Assembly (NCBI GenBank): GCA_043228905.1
Contig: JBHGNT010000018.1
Location: 15,004,001-15,068,000 of the forward strand
Length of the DNA stretch: 64,000 bases
From: Azolla caroliniana
Lineage: Eukaryota > Plantae > Polypodiophyta
Reading direction: 5' to 3'
Below are positions 1-11,164 of the stretch, piece by piece; within the stretch, counting starts at the first letter, position 1; every line of letters begins with the position of its first letter. The translations under genes were made by a program, and so were the position numbers. Under the pieces are notes generated by a model. That model was not told the DNA's origin. It did no database searches and saw nothing but the letters and a program-made list of their open reading frames with translations.

Positions 1-985
1 CTAGTTCCGGATCCCCTAGAAGCAGGTGGGGTCGAGGCGGCGCCGAAAACTGGCAAGGAAAACCCGTCGTGGAATGTTGGTATTGTGGCAAGAAAGGCCA
101 CAAGGAGAGCGAGTGCTGGAAGAAACACGCCGATTTGGAGAAAACCGCATCCGGATCCGAGCAGACTGAACAAGGAAATCGGTAGCGATCGCTCTACGCC
201 GAGGGCTCCGAACGTACCGGAAATGGATTGGGCCTAGCCTTCGTAATGAAGCACAAGGCCAATTCGATGGCGGTGAACACCTCGAAACCGAACGAGGTGT
301 GGTATGTTGACTCCGAAGCGTAAAATCATATGACGAGTGACAAGGAATGGTTCTCGTACTTGGAGAAACCAGAAAAACAAGGAGTGGTCGAAACTGTAGA
401 TGACACTCGCATACCATCGAACATGTCGGAGAAGTTCCCCTGAGCCACGTTGGGTAGAAAGGGAAACTCATGAACGTGCAACACGTCCTGACAATAACCA
501 AGAACTTGGTGTTGGTCGAACAAATCGTCGACCAGGGGATGTAAGTTTGATTCACGCATCTCGGTTGCGACATCAAAGAAGAGGGCAAAGTCATTGCACA
601 AGGGCGTCGAGAAGGGAGGATGTTCATCCTTGACACCAACCAACCCGGAACCGCATTGTTTGCGGAGGGACAAAAGGTTGAATCAGATATCGACCTGTGG
701 CACAAGCGGTTTAGCCACATTAACTTCCCACAGCTTCGTGAAATGCAGATGAAGAACATTATTTTCGGATTGCCGAAATTTCGGGGCCGTAATGGCCAAG
801 TCTACGAAGCCTACCAACTCGGGAAGTAACACCGACTTCCATTCCCCAATGAGTGTAATCGTAGTCGAAATCCGTTGGATTTGATCCATTCGAATGTGTG
901 GGGACCGGCTCAGAATGCAAGTCTCGATGGAAGTCGTTACTTCGTAACCTTCATCGATGACTTCACTCAACATACCTAAACGAGC

Positions 986-2218
986 TTGATCGCGAAAAAG
1001 AGCGAAGTCTTCACGTGGTTCCTCAAGGTGAAGAGCATTGCGGAAAGGGAAACTGGACGTAAGATCAAGTGCCTACGGTGTGATGGCGGGAAGGAGTACT
1101 TCTCCAACCAATTCACAAGTTATCTACAGAAGGAGGGAATTCGACACGAATTCTCGTGTAGATATACCCTGGAGCAGAACGGCTTAGCCAAGTGGAAGAA
1201 TCGGATAATCGAAGAAGCCGCCAGGGCAATGCTTGAAGAGAAGCATATGCTGAAGTTTTATTGGGTTGAAGACATAAGGACGGCGGTTTACTTGCAGAAT
1301 CGGACCTGTGCTAATGGAGGAGTGTCGCCACATGAGATATATTACGGCAAGAAGCCGAACTTGGCACACTTGAGGATTTTCAGCAGCATTTCGTACGCAC
1401 ATGTGGCGAAGGAGAGATGGAGGAAGCTGGATGTCAAAGCCGAAAAGTGCAGCTTAGTCGGCTATTCAGATGAACAAAATGGATATAAGTGTTATAACCC
1501 CCGAACAAAGGAAGTTCGCGTAAGCCGAGATGTCGTGTTCGACGAGTCCGCTTCATGGTATTTGCCTCCACCTCCAATACCTCATGACGCCATTCCGAAT
1601 TCTGAACAAGAGGTCAGCGAGGCCGAGCTGCCCCCGCGTGATGAGGAAATCGGAGATCTGACAGAGAGTCTGATCTCATTTCGGCTAAGTGGGCCGAATG
1701 AGGAGTTGGGGCAAGATGGCCAACCAAAAGAAGAGTCGGCGAGTAGTGGAGACTCGGTCGTGTTGTCCCCACGTAAAGAACCGAGGAGACGGTTCATGCG
1801 TAATGAAAAAGGGAAGAAGAAAATGTCGGAATTCGATTTCGGCAGTGCCGAGTTAGATCGGAGCGAGTCTGATTTTGGGCCAATCGAAAAGGAATCTCCA
1901 TTGAAGAAGTCAAAACCGGCTAAAAAGGCCGTGAAATCAGGTAATCACGAATTATGCCAATCTACCCGCCTGACGAACCCTGTAAAGAGGTATGAGTACA
2001 ATGAATACATGGCGCACCATTACGCATACATGACACGAGTGGCGGAAGTGCGTGTCGTGATGGAGGAAGAGATGCGCGCTTTAACGGATAATGAGACTTG
2101 GGACCTAGTTGACGTACCGAAGGGTGTAAAGCCGATCGGATGTAGATGGATGTATAAGGTGAAATACAACACCGACGGCTCCGTCAACCGATGTAAGGCG
2201 AAGGACGCAACTTGGCGT
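986..2218 (+). pseudogene. Copia-1 integrase core, linker and start of RT
   Basis: ORF 986..2317 has rve motifs (RCDGGKEY, QNGLAKWKNRIIEEAARAML), the SH3-like GYSDEQNGYKCYNP and the RT start ETWDLVDVP; it runs into the Gypsy LTR at 2219. Confidence 0.88.
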
Positions 2219-2712
2219 TGTCGTGAAGAAAACCATCCCTTGGCGCAATCGGTGAATAGCGCACGTGAACCGGCTCTTCACGTGTGCGCGCCCTTAATGC
2301 ATCTAATATGGAATTAAGTACAAAGGCATATCCGGGTAGTTAGATTCGGTAGGTAGGAAGTAAATGAGGGAGACGGCTCCCTTCTGGAAGCTATAAAGGA
2401 GAAGGAGACGTAGGGAGAAGGGATCGCGCATTGAGGAGGACGAAGTGTTGTCGAACCGAGACCGAACGCTTCTCCTCTGTCTGTTCTCTATTGCTCTTCT
2501 CTGCAGGTTTCGGGAGGCTCGCGCTGCTTCGAGGACCTGTCTCTGTGTCCGTTCGCGTCTTCTGTGTTGACAGGCCGTGCCCCCTGTGTTTCTTTGCTCA
2601 TACGTGACCGGGCGCCTCTCTCTTTCTCTTTCCCCTTCTATCACCTGCTCTTCGGTTCAAGACCCCGGTGGTCCCGCCTCGTTTCTCCACGCACGCGCGT
2701 AGTAACGCGACA
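2219..2712 (+). repeat. 5' LTR of the Gypsy element (494 bp, lacks a 155-bp segment present in the 3' LTR)
   Basis: Starts TGTCGTGAAG, ends CGCGACA; near-identical to 8503-9151; TATA-like CTATAAA near 2391. Confidence 0.95.
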
Positions 2713-2716
2713 TATT

Positions 2717-2734
2717 TGGTGAACCCGACGTGAA
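2717..2734 (+). promoter_or_regulatory. Primer binding site complementary to the 3' end of tRNA-Trp
   Basis: TGGTGAACCCGACGTGAA is the reverse complement of TTCACGTCGGGTTCACCA, the plant cytosolic tRNA-Trp(CCA) 3' end as I recall it; it lies 4 nt after the LTR. Confidence 0.85.
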
Positions 2735-2756
2735 ACAGGCGGCAAAGGAGTAGAAG

Positions 2757-4883
2757 ATGAGGGGGTCGGATCTTGCAGAGGCCATGGCTTCGGCCGTGGA
2801 TCGGATAGTGAGCGCGCGCGAGGGCACCGGCGCCCTTGACAGGGCTATTGAGGCGATTGTCAGTATGATCGGCCGGTTCAGTGGAAAGGATGCCACGAGT
2901 TATTTGGTGTCCTACCGGGCGGAGATGTTGATGAGGGATATTCCGGAAGAGAGGCGTCTCACCGGATTCCCTCGAGTGGCGATGCCAGGCATCCATGCGG
3001 AGGTGCTCGAGGTCCGGGCAAAGAGCCGGACCTGGGAGGAGTTCGAAGGACAGCTCCTGGAGAAATACGGGCTGGATGACGCGCTCCAACTTTCGAAGCG
3101 GAGCTTCATGGAGTGGGTGGAGTCCCCCAACAAAGGAAGAAATGCGTCGGTACTCCTCCGGGAGTTTGAGGAATGCTTTGCGCGCCTTTCGGCACTCGAT
3201 CGGACCGTTCTGGACACAAGTCGTGTCCTACTTTTTGTCAAATCGGTTGACGCACGGGATCAGGGGCAAGTTGGCTCCTTACTGGAAACCGAAGACGGGC
3301 TGACGACCGATTGGGCTGCGGTAAAGAGAGTCTGCGACCGTTTTGACAAACGGTGGGAGTGGGCTGATACAGAGGCGACCGGGGCGGGACCTGTCGCAGC
3401 AAGGAAGCTCGAACCGGTACCACAGGCGCGAAGGGAAGAGAACCGGGAGTGGCTCGAAACCGGTTCATCTTCAACCGGCGTGATCAAAGGCTCGTCCGGG
3501 GGAACGGCTCTGGAGGAGTTGACACGAGCGGTAAAGGATCTCCAGATCGCCCAGGCTCGGAGGGAAGGCGGCGATCAGGCTCGTGACCGACGGGCTCCGG
3601 CAGGAAGTAGGTGCATGTGGTGCGACGAGGTCGGCCACATCCGGAAAGACTGCGGGGACTTTATGGAGGCTTTGAGAAGCCGAGTAGTGTACCTGTGGGA
3701 AGGTCGGGTGCACGCCAGCGATACCCGGAGGGCCCTGAACCGAAACGACGGGAGAGGGGGAATGAAAAGGCTGATGGAAGAGGCGGCAGCCCGGCACGCG
3801 GAGACCGTCCACTACTCAGTGTCAGCCGGTATTCGGGTCGGGGGCAGCGGGGCCCGGAAGGAGAGCAAAGCCGAGTTCTGGCCGACGGTGCTAGAAGGCC
3901 TCGCCGGTGCCCGACTGAAGAGAGACGAGGCGGACCGCGCGGAGAAGCGGGTCCAGGAGGTAACCGGGTGGAGTGACCCGGTCGAAGAAAAGACGGGTTT
4001 CGTCGAAGCAGCTTGCCAGAAGTACGAGGCTCTGGTTGAAGACAAACGAGTAGGTAAAATCGAAGGGGCCGGGCCCTCACAGAGATACGAAACCCGATTC
4101 GGGCCGAAACGGAACGAGGCCGGTGAGTCCATTGCCCGGGATAACCACAAGAAGGGCGGATACCGTTTGGGCACGGAGATCGAAAGGACCACGGACCTAC
4201 GAAAGGTCCTAGAAGAACGAATCCTCGATAGCAAGGTGGAACTGTCGTTGCGGGAGGTGCTCGGGATCGCCAAGAAGGAGTTCCATGACTCCATCGTGGA
4301 CTTGGTGAAGAGGAAGAGGCTGTCGACGGAGGCAGAACCGGAAAGGCCGGTGGAAGTGCGGACGGCGCACATAGAGGACATGGCGCTGGAAGACGAGTGG
4401 GCGGAGAGCCACTATTCGAGGCCACACTGGGCCCGAGCGACCACAGAAACCCCGGTGAAGATCGGGGATGTTCAGGAACCGGTGGTGGCGCTGGTGGACC
4501 ACGGTTTGGAAATAAACCTGATGTCCATGGACTTCTACAAGAAGGGGAAATGGCCGATCAACACTAAGCATGGGTGGAAGATACGGGCGGCGACGCGCGC
4601 CACCGAGGAGCTACACGGGGCCTGCCCAAACGTGCGAGTCAAGATCGGCGACGTCGAGATAGACCAGCACTTCTTTGTGCAGGAAACGTCCTTGCACCCG
4701 GTCATACTAGGGGAACCGTACATTACGGCAGCGCAAATGGAGACCAAGGTGTTGGACAACGGGTCGGCTTACGCGAGGGTCAAAAGTCAGGACAAGCGTC
4801 ATTCGGTCCAGTTCATGACGGTGCGACTGAACCACGAGCGAAACCGCGAGTCCCTCGGTGGCGAGAACCGAGAGGATTTTTAG
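2757..4883 (+). CDS. gag: Gypsy Gag-protease polyprotein (708 aa)
   Basis: Intact ORF 22 nt after the PBS; CCHC knuckle CMWCDEVGHIRKDC; aspartic protease-like ALVDHGLEINLM...VILGEPY. Confidence 0.88.
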   Translation: MRGSDLAEAMASAVDRIVSAREGTGALDRAIEAIVSMIGRFSGKDATSYLVSYRAEMLMRDIPEERRLTGFPRVAMPGIHAEVLEVRAKSRTWEEFEGQLLEKYGLDDALQLSKRSFMEWVESPNKGRNASVLLREFEECFARLSALDRTVLDTSRVLLFVKSVDARDQGQVGSLLETEDGLTTDWAAVKRVCDRFDKRWEWADTEATGAGPVAARKLEPVPQARREENREWLETGSSSTGVIKGSSGGTALEELTRAVKDLQIAQARREGGDQARDRRAPAGSRCMWCDEVGHIRKDCGDFMEALRSRVVYLWEGRVHASDTRRALNRNDGRGGMKRLMEEAAARHAETVHYSVSAGIRVGGSGARKESKAEFWPTVLEGLAGARLKRDEADRAEKRVQEVTGWSDPVEEKTGFVEAACQKYEALVEDKRVGKIEGAGPSQRYETRFGPKRNEAGESIARDNHKKGGYRLGTEIERTTDLRKVLEERILDSKVELSLREVLGIAKKEFHDSIVDLVKRKRLSTEAEPERPVEVRTAHIEDMALEDEWAESHYSRPHWARATTETPVKIGDVQEPVVALVDHGLEINLMSMDFYKKGKWPINTKHGWKIRAATRATEELHGACPNVRVKIGDVEIDQHFFVQETSLHPVILGEPYITAAQMETKVLDNGSAYARVKSQDKRHSVQFMTVRLNHERNRESLGGENREDF

Positions 4884-7800
4884 AGAGGGCTGCCAAGGCG
4901 TGGGGCCGCGACAGTCCGGACAGTTTGGGAAAACCCCACAAATGTACGATAGGAGTGAAACCGAAGAAACCTTGTACCATAAGTAGGAAGTTTTGTTTCT
5001 CCGACAACGGAGGGTGTACGATAGTCGGCGTCGTAGGCCGAGAAAAGACAAGGGCGGAAGAGCGACTTCGGGCGTGCAGAGTTCTCGGGCCCAGCGAGGA
5101 AATCAATGGAGCCATGGAGGCGGTCTCCTTCGACGATACCTTGGGAATACTGCGAGAGGTGGTCGGAGAGGGCCTTAAAGAGGACCGGACGATACCGGTT
5201 TGTTCAAAAGAGATGTATGAAGTCATCGTGGACTTCAGTCGAGGGCTCAAGTCGGATCGGATGGCCCGGGTTAACATGAAGTACAAGACTGTGGACCGGA
5301 AGGTAAGGCCAGTCGTGGCACCCTTACCGGAGGGCAGCGAGTTGCGAATCAAGGGGGTCGCGTCGGACCCCAGTTTCCTTCACCGATAGAACGCTACGGG
5401 AGCTCAAAATAGGTGGTGCGAATCAAGGGGGTCGCGTCGGACCCCAGTTTCCTTCACCGATAGAACGCTACAGGAGCTCAAAATAGGTGGGGGCCGGTTC
5501 CTACTGCCGGCGGAAGAAGACCGGTTTCGGAGAATGCTCGGAAGGCACGGGAAAGCCTTCGCATTCTCACCGGAAGAAATCGGGTGCGTAGACCCGACAG
5601 TCGTAAAGCCAATGGTGATATTCACGGTACCGCATGTGTCGTGGAATCTCAAACCGATTCCGGTACCGAGAGCTCACATCCCGGAGCTGATGGAGCTGTT
5701 GAGGCAGAAAATCGATATGTGCATCCTCGAACCGTCGAGTGCCCCGTACTCAAACCGGTGGTTTACAGTACCGAAGAAGAATGGGACGTTGCGCTTCATT
5801 CAAGACCTGCAACCGGTCAACAGGGTGACCATTCGGAACGCAGGAATCGGACCAACGATAGACGAGTTCGCGGAGGCCTTCGCCAGAAGGTTGATCTACT
5901 CGGTCGGTGATCTATACTCGGGGTACGATCAATTCCAACTAGCCATAGAAAGCAGAGACATTACGACGATGCGGACTCCTCTCGGCCTAGTGCGGATGTG
6001 TACCCTGCCACAAGGAGGGACGAACTCGGTGGCCCACATGGTGAATGCGATGAACAAGGTGCTGAGGGATTGTATCCCGGACATCACCATGCCATTCTTG
6101 GATGACATCCCGATCAAGGGATGTCCGGTGGGGGAAAAGGACGAAACGATCGGACCGGACGGATGCCGGAAATTCGTGACGACACACATTGACGACTGCG
6201 AGAGGGTGCTGCAGAGGCTAGAGGACGCAAGGCTCACCTTCTTCGGGGAAAAATCGGCCTTCGGGCAATCAGAGATCATGGTCGCCGGACATCTATGCGG
6301 ACCGTATGGCCGGAAACCGTCTCCGGCAAAGGTGGAAGCCATCTCCGCAATGAAGCCCGACTGTAACTCAGTCACGGAGGTACGGAGGTTCTTGGGAGCA
6401 TGTGCGTTCTACCACATATGGATCACGCATTACGCCCACGTTGCCGAGCCGCTATACGGGTTGCTGAAAAAGGAGCGAAAATTCGAGTGGCGAGACGAGC
6501 ATACAGAGTCGGTGCGAAAGATGAAGGAGGCTCTTGCTGTAGCTCCGGCACTCCGGAAGGCTGTCTACGAGAAAGGCACTCCCGTCTACGTAACGGTAGA
6601 TACGAGTCCGACCGGGATCGGATGGGTCGTCAACCAAGAAGATGAGGACGGCATTCGGTTCCCAATCCGGTTCGGCGCGAAGGTCCTCAGTGAGCGACAG
6701 CGAGGATACGCCCAGGTTAAACGCAAACTCTAGGGTATCGTTTCGGCGGTGAAAGCCGATAAAGACTATCTGATTGGGACAGAGGTGATTATCGAGACGG
6801 ACTGCCTGCCGATTCTCGGCATGGTTTCCGGATGCGCAACCCCGGACCTGGCAATGCTCAAGTGGATAGCGTACATCAAGTCCCTGGATCCGGAAATACG
6901 ACACATTTCCGGGAAAGACAATGCCATGGCTGACATGCTTTCGAGGGCGCGATTCAACGACGAGGGCGGGCATGGTTTCGGAGGACGAGGAAGTCGGCGT
7001 AGACTTCTTTGAGACGGCTTACGTAACAACTAAGGGAGGGAGCACTCTGGCGCTTAACGATTTCGACGAGAGCAAGTACAATGGGGAGTGGCTGCAGATT
7101 GGAGGTTTCTTAAGGACAATGACGCCGGAAGCGTCATGGACAAAGGACGAGGCCAACCGGATCCAGAAGAAAGCGTACTGATTCTTTCTCCGGGGTGGAT
7201 ACTTGTGGAAGCACCCGAAGAAGAGAAACAGCATCCCGCTCCGAGTGGTGGCGATGAAGGAAGAACAGGAGGAGCTGCTGAAGGCCTACCACGACAGCCC
7301 CTGGGCTAGACACCGTGGAACGTGGGCCACGTTCGAGAAACTAAAGGGGAAGTACTGGTGGCCGGGACTGTACCGGGACGTGCATCGGTTCGTGACGACT
7401 TGTGAGAGTTGTCAGATACACTCCATAGTCCGACATCGGGACGAGCTTCACCCTACATACCCTCCAGCCATCCACTTCAAATGGATGGTAGATTTGGTGA
7501 CGATGCCGATGGGCGTAGGGCAGATGCGATATCTGGTGCTGGCCCGGGAGGACCTGACGAACCAGGTGGAAGGCCGAGCCCTGCAGAACAAAACAACCGC
7601 GGCCGTGTGTCGGTTCCTGATCGAGGACGTGATATGCCGGTACGGGTGCGTCGGGAAGATCGTGGCTGACCGCGGGGAGTTGGACGCCGAAGAGGCCGAG
7701 GAGTTGTTCGACCGGTTAGGGGTCAAGCTCTCGCTCACCACGGCGTACAATCCGGAGGCGAACGGGAAGGTGGAGCGCGAACACGGACCGATCGTCAAAG

Positions 7801-8510
7801 CGCTAGTCCGGGCATGCGGAGGCCCGGTCGGGAACTGGCCACGGTTGTTACCTTATGCCTTGTGGGCGGACCGGACAACGCACAACTCGGTAACCGGGTT
7901 CATGCCGTCAGAGCTCATGTTTGGACAGAAGCCGATCATGCCGATGGAACGGACGATCTCCTCTTGGGCGACAGTGGACTGGAGAGACGAGATGAGCCGG
8001 GAAGAACTACTAGCGGCGCGTATACGGCAACTCGAGCGGAGGCCAGAGGACGTGGAACGAGCGGCGGAGAGACTTCAGACGGCGAGGATGAAGAACAAAG
8101 CCCGGTTCGACCGAACGCACCGGCTCCGGCCTAAGAAAGTCGAGGAAGGCGACTGGGTGCTAGTCTACGACAGCAGCCTCGACAACCAGCACCGAGCAAC
8201 ACGGAAGTTTGCGAAGCGGTGGTTTGGGCCTTACGTGGTAACGAGCGCCAACGACAACGGGACGTATCACCTGGCGGAACTCGATGGTACGAGGATGGCG
8301 ATGCCGGTAGCGGGGAAGCGGATCAAAGCGTTCAAGAAACGCCACAACGACGAACCGGATCTAAGAGGCATGGACAGCGAAGACGAACAGTCTGAAACGG
8401 AGGGCGAACTGATGGACGAAGAAACGGAACCCAGACCGGTTTTCTCCAACCAGAACCCAATTTTGGCGCATACCGGTGGATGCGCGGTTAGGTGGGGGCG
8501 GATGTCGTGA
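4880..8510 (+). pseudogene. pol: Gypsy Pol (RT, RNase H, integrase with GPY/F module), disrupted by a duplication, stops and a frameshift
   Basis: ORFs 4574-5389, 5534-6733 (DLYSGYDQF, LPQGGTNS, FLDD, TVDTSPTGIG), 6749-7012 (ETDCLP, NAMADMLSR) and 7203-8510 (HDSPWARH..CESC, WMVDL, ADRGE, NGKVER, WFGPY). No chromodomain. Confidence 0.9.
5343..5490 (+). repeat. 74-bp tandem duplication in Gypsy pol
   Basis: TGCGAATCAAGGGGG...AAATAGGTGG occurs at 5343-5416 and 5417-5490 with about one mismatch. Confidence 0.92.
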
Positions 8511-9151
8511 AGAAAACCGTCCCTTGGCGCAATCGGTGAATAGCGCACGTGAACCGGCTCTTCACGTGTGCGTGCCCTTAATGCATCTAATATGGAATTA
8601 AGTACAAAGGCATATCCGGGTAGTTAGATTCGGTAGGTAGGAAGTAAATGAGGGAGACGGCTCCCTTCTGGAAGCTATAAAGGAGAGGGAGACGCAGGGA
8701 GAAGGGATCGCGCATTGAGGAGGACGAAGTGCTGTCGGACCGGGACCGAACGCTTCTCCTCTATCTGTTCTCTATTGCTCTTCTCTGCAGGTTTCGGGAG
8801 GCTCGCGCTGCTTCGAGGAACGCCTGTGTGCTTCCGGCAGCACCTCCATCCTATCCCCTTTATGTGCGCAGAAGAACAGGCATCGGCATCTGTTCGCCGG
8901 CCTGTTCGGTCGTAACCGCTCGCGTGCTCTGTTGTGTACTTGTTATTCGTTAATATACAAACACTTGTGTCTCCCTGTCTCTGTGTCCGTTCGCATCTTC
9001 TGTGTTGACAGGCCGTGCCCCCCTGTGTTTCTTTGCTCATACGTGACCGGGCGCCTCTCTCTTTCTCTTTCCCCTTCTATCACCTGCTCTTCGGTTCAAG
9101 ACCCCGGTGGTCCCGCCTCGTTTCTCCACGCACGCGCATAGTAACGTGACA
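8503..9151 (+). repeat. 3' LTR of the Gypsy element (649 bp)
   Basis: Starts TGTCGTGAAG after the purine-rich GGTGGGGGCGGA; ends CGTGACA. Confidence 0.95.
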
Positions 9152-10630
9152 GCATGCCGCAAGGGAGGAAGAGATGCACGCATTTGCGGAAAATGAAACT
9201 TGGGACCTAGTTGACGTTCCGAAGGGTGTAAAGCCGATTGGATGCATGTGGGTGTACAAGGTCAAGTACAACATCGACATCTCTGTCAACTGCTACAAGG
9301 CCCAGTTAGTGGCGAAGGGATACGCATAAGAACACGGCATCGACTACGATGAGACCTTTGCGCCTGTCGCGAAGATGACAACCAGCCATGTCCTGCTTGC
9401 GGTAGTCGCGGTAAAGGGGTGGCATTTACATCAGATGGATGTAAAGAATGCGTTCCTACAAGGAGAACTTTAGGAATAGGTGTAGATGGTACAATCCCCC
9501 GGATTTCAGTCTAGAAAGAACACCTCGGCGGTATGCCGACTGAAGAAGTCCCTCTACGGACTAAAACAAGCCATGCGCACGTGGAACACAAAGATCACGC
9601 AGCACCTGAGTCGGATGGAGTTTGCAACATCCAAATTAGATTCTTCATTAATCGTCCGGCAAGGTCGACGTGGAATGGTTAGTATTTTACTTTATGTTGA
9701 TGATTTAGTCATCGACGGCGCCGACCTAGAAGAAATCTGTTGCGTAAGGTCCTAGCTTGTGGCATCATTCGACATCAAGGACCTAGGGGACCTTCATTAC
9801 TTCCTAGGGATCGAGGTGATCTGCACCCCGAAAGGCATACTGATCAGCCAACGCCATTACGTGTTGAGTATGCTCTTCAAGTTCGGGATGGCGGACTGTA
9901 AGTCCATCTCAACTCCTCTGGACAGAAACGTCAAGCTTCGCCAAGATTCGGGAAAGGTGTCGACCCGACACAGTTCCGACAGATTGTTGGAAGCCTAATT
10001 TATTTGACGATCACCCGATCAGCCTGATCAGTCAATTTAAGTCACAACCCACAACCGAACACCTTCAGTGCACGCATAGGATATTGCGTTATGTCTGCGA
10101 CACTAAGGATAGGGCACTACTATATCGGACCGGTATTGCCGCACAACTCGTCGGCTACTCGGATTCTGATTGGGCTGGAAACGCCGGCGATCGAAGATCC
10201 ACATCTAGGTTCGTTTTCTCGCTTGGGAGCGTCGCGATCGCCTGGAGCATCAAGAAGCGGCCGACAATTGCATTGTCGAGCACAAAGACTGAGTATCGAG
10301 CGGCTATCGCAACATGCGAAGGCATTTGGCTCAAGACGCTACTCAAGGATCTGCAGGTGGAGGTGTCCACTCCGACGACAATCTATTGCGACATCCTCAG
10401 CAGCATCCAACTTGCAAAAAACCTCGTCTTCCACGCCCGGACCAAGCACATTGAGGTGCACTACCATTTTGTCTACGAGCGTGTCCTCTCTGGTGAAGTC
10501 GAACTAGCATACACGTTCCAACAGATCGGCAGACTGCCGACATCTTCACCAAGCCCCTAGGTCTCGACAAGTTGTGGCAATTCTCGGGTGTGCTTGGTTT
10601 GCGGCACCTTGACATGCCGAACTTGAGGTA
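9152..10630 (+). pseudogene. Copia-1 reverse transcriptase and RNase H (stops and frameshifts)
   Basis: [65 protein letters not shown]. Confidence 0.9.
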
Positions 10631-11164
10631 GATAAAAGACTAGGAAAGGGAGCAAGAAAGGAACGAAGTGACCGCGAAACTAAGTCGGATGAAGAATTCG
10701 ATTTCGGGTCGGCTGAAGAAGCCGAAGGCGGAAACAAGGGTAGCAACCGAAGGGAGGAGCCGAAGTCAGCAGAACAAGGGGGAGTTGAAGCCAAGAAGGG
10801 CGAGAAGGCCAAGACCTAGACTTGGTCTGATGTGGTTAAGGACCTAAAGACAGAAGATGAATTGGAGACAACCAATTCGGGCAAGAGCGGAAACGAATCC
10901 GAGACATCCGATTCGGTTCGAATGTTCGATTCAGAGACTCCGAATCAACTAAAGGTTAAACAGAGGAAAGGGCGGCGGAAGAGGCGTCAACACCACGATA
11001 GCAAGGGAGCTGAGAAAGGCCGCACGAGTAGACAAGCCGACTGAAAGGGTCGAGGTGCGCGAAATCGAACGGGCCGAGGAGCGTGAGCGAGGCGTGAAGC
11101 CAGGAGAAGCCGGAGCGAAGATCTGGAGGAGCAGGCGGAACCTCAAGTTGAGCTTGAGGGGGAG

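Larger units (their letters stand above)
2219..9151 (+). mobile_element. Full-length Ty3/Gypsy non-chromovirus LTR retrotransposon nested in Copia-1
   Basis: Paired TG...CA LTRs (2219-2712, 8503-9151), PBS at 2717, PPT at 8491-8502, gag-pro-RT-RH-IN order, flanks GCGT/GCAT. Confidence 0.96.

Noticed and set aside
2717-2734. tRNA-like sequence
   Set aside because: Only the 18-nt PBS complement is present; there is no tRNA gene body.
16-8548. Many long antisense and alternate-frame ORFs over the Copia and Gypsy elements (e.g. 16-759, 3661-4425, 3812-4381)
   Set aside because: Shadows of GC-rich retroelement coding sequence with no recognisable motifs.
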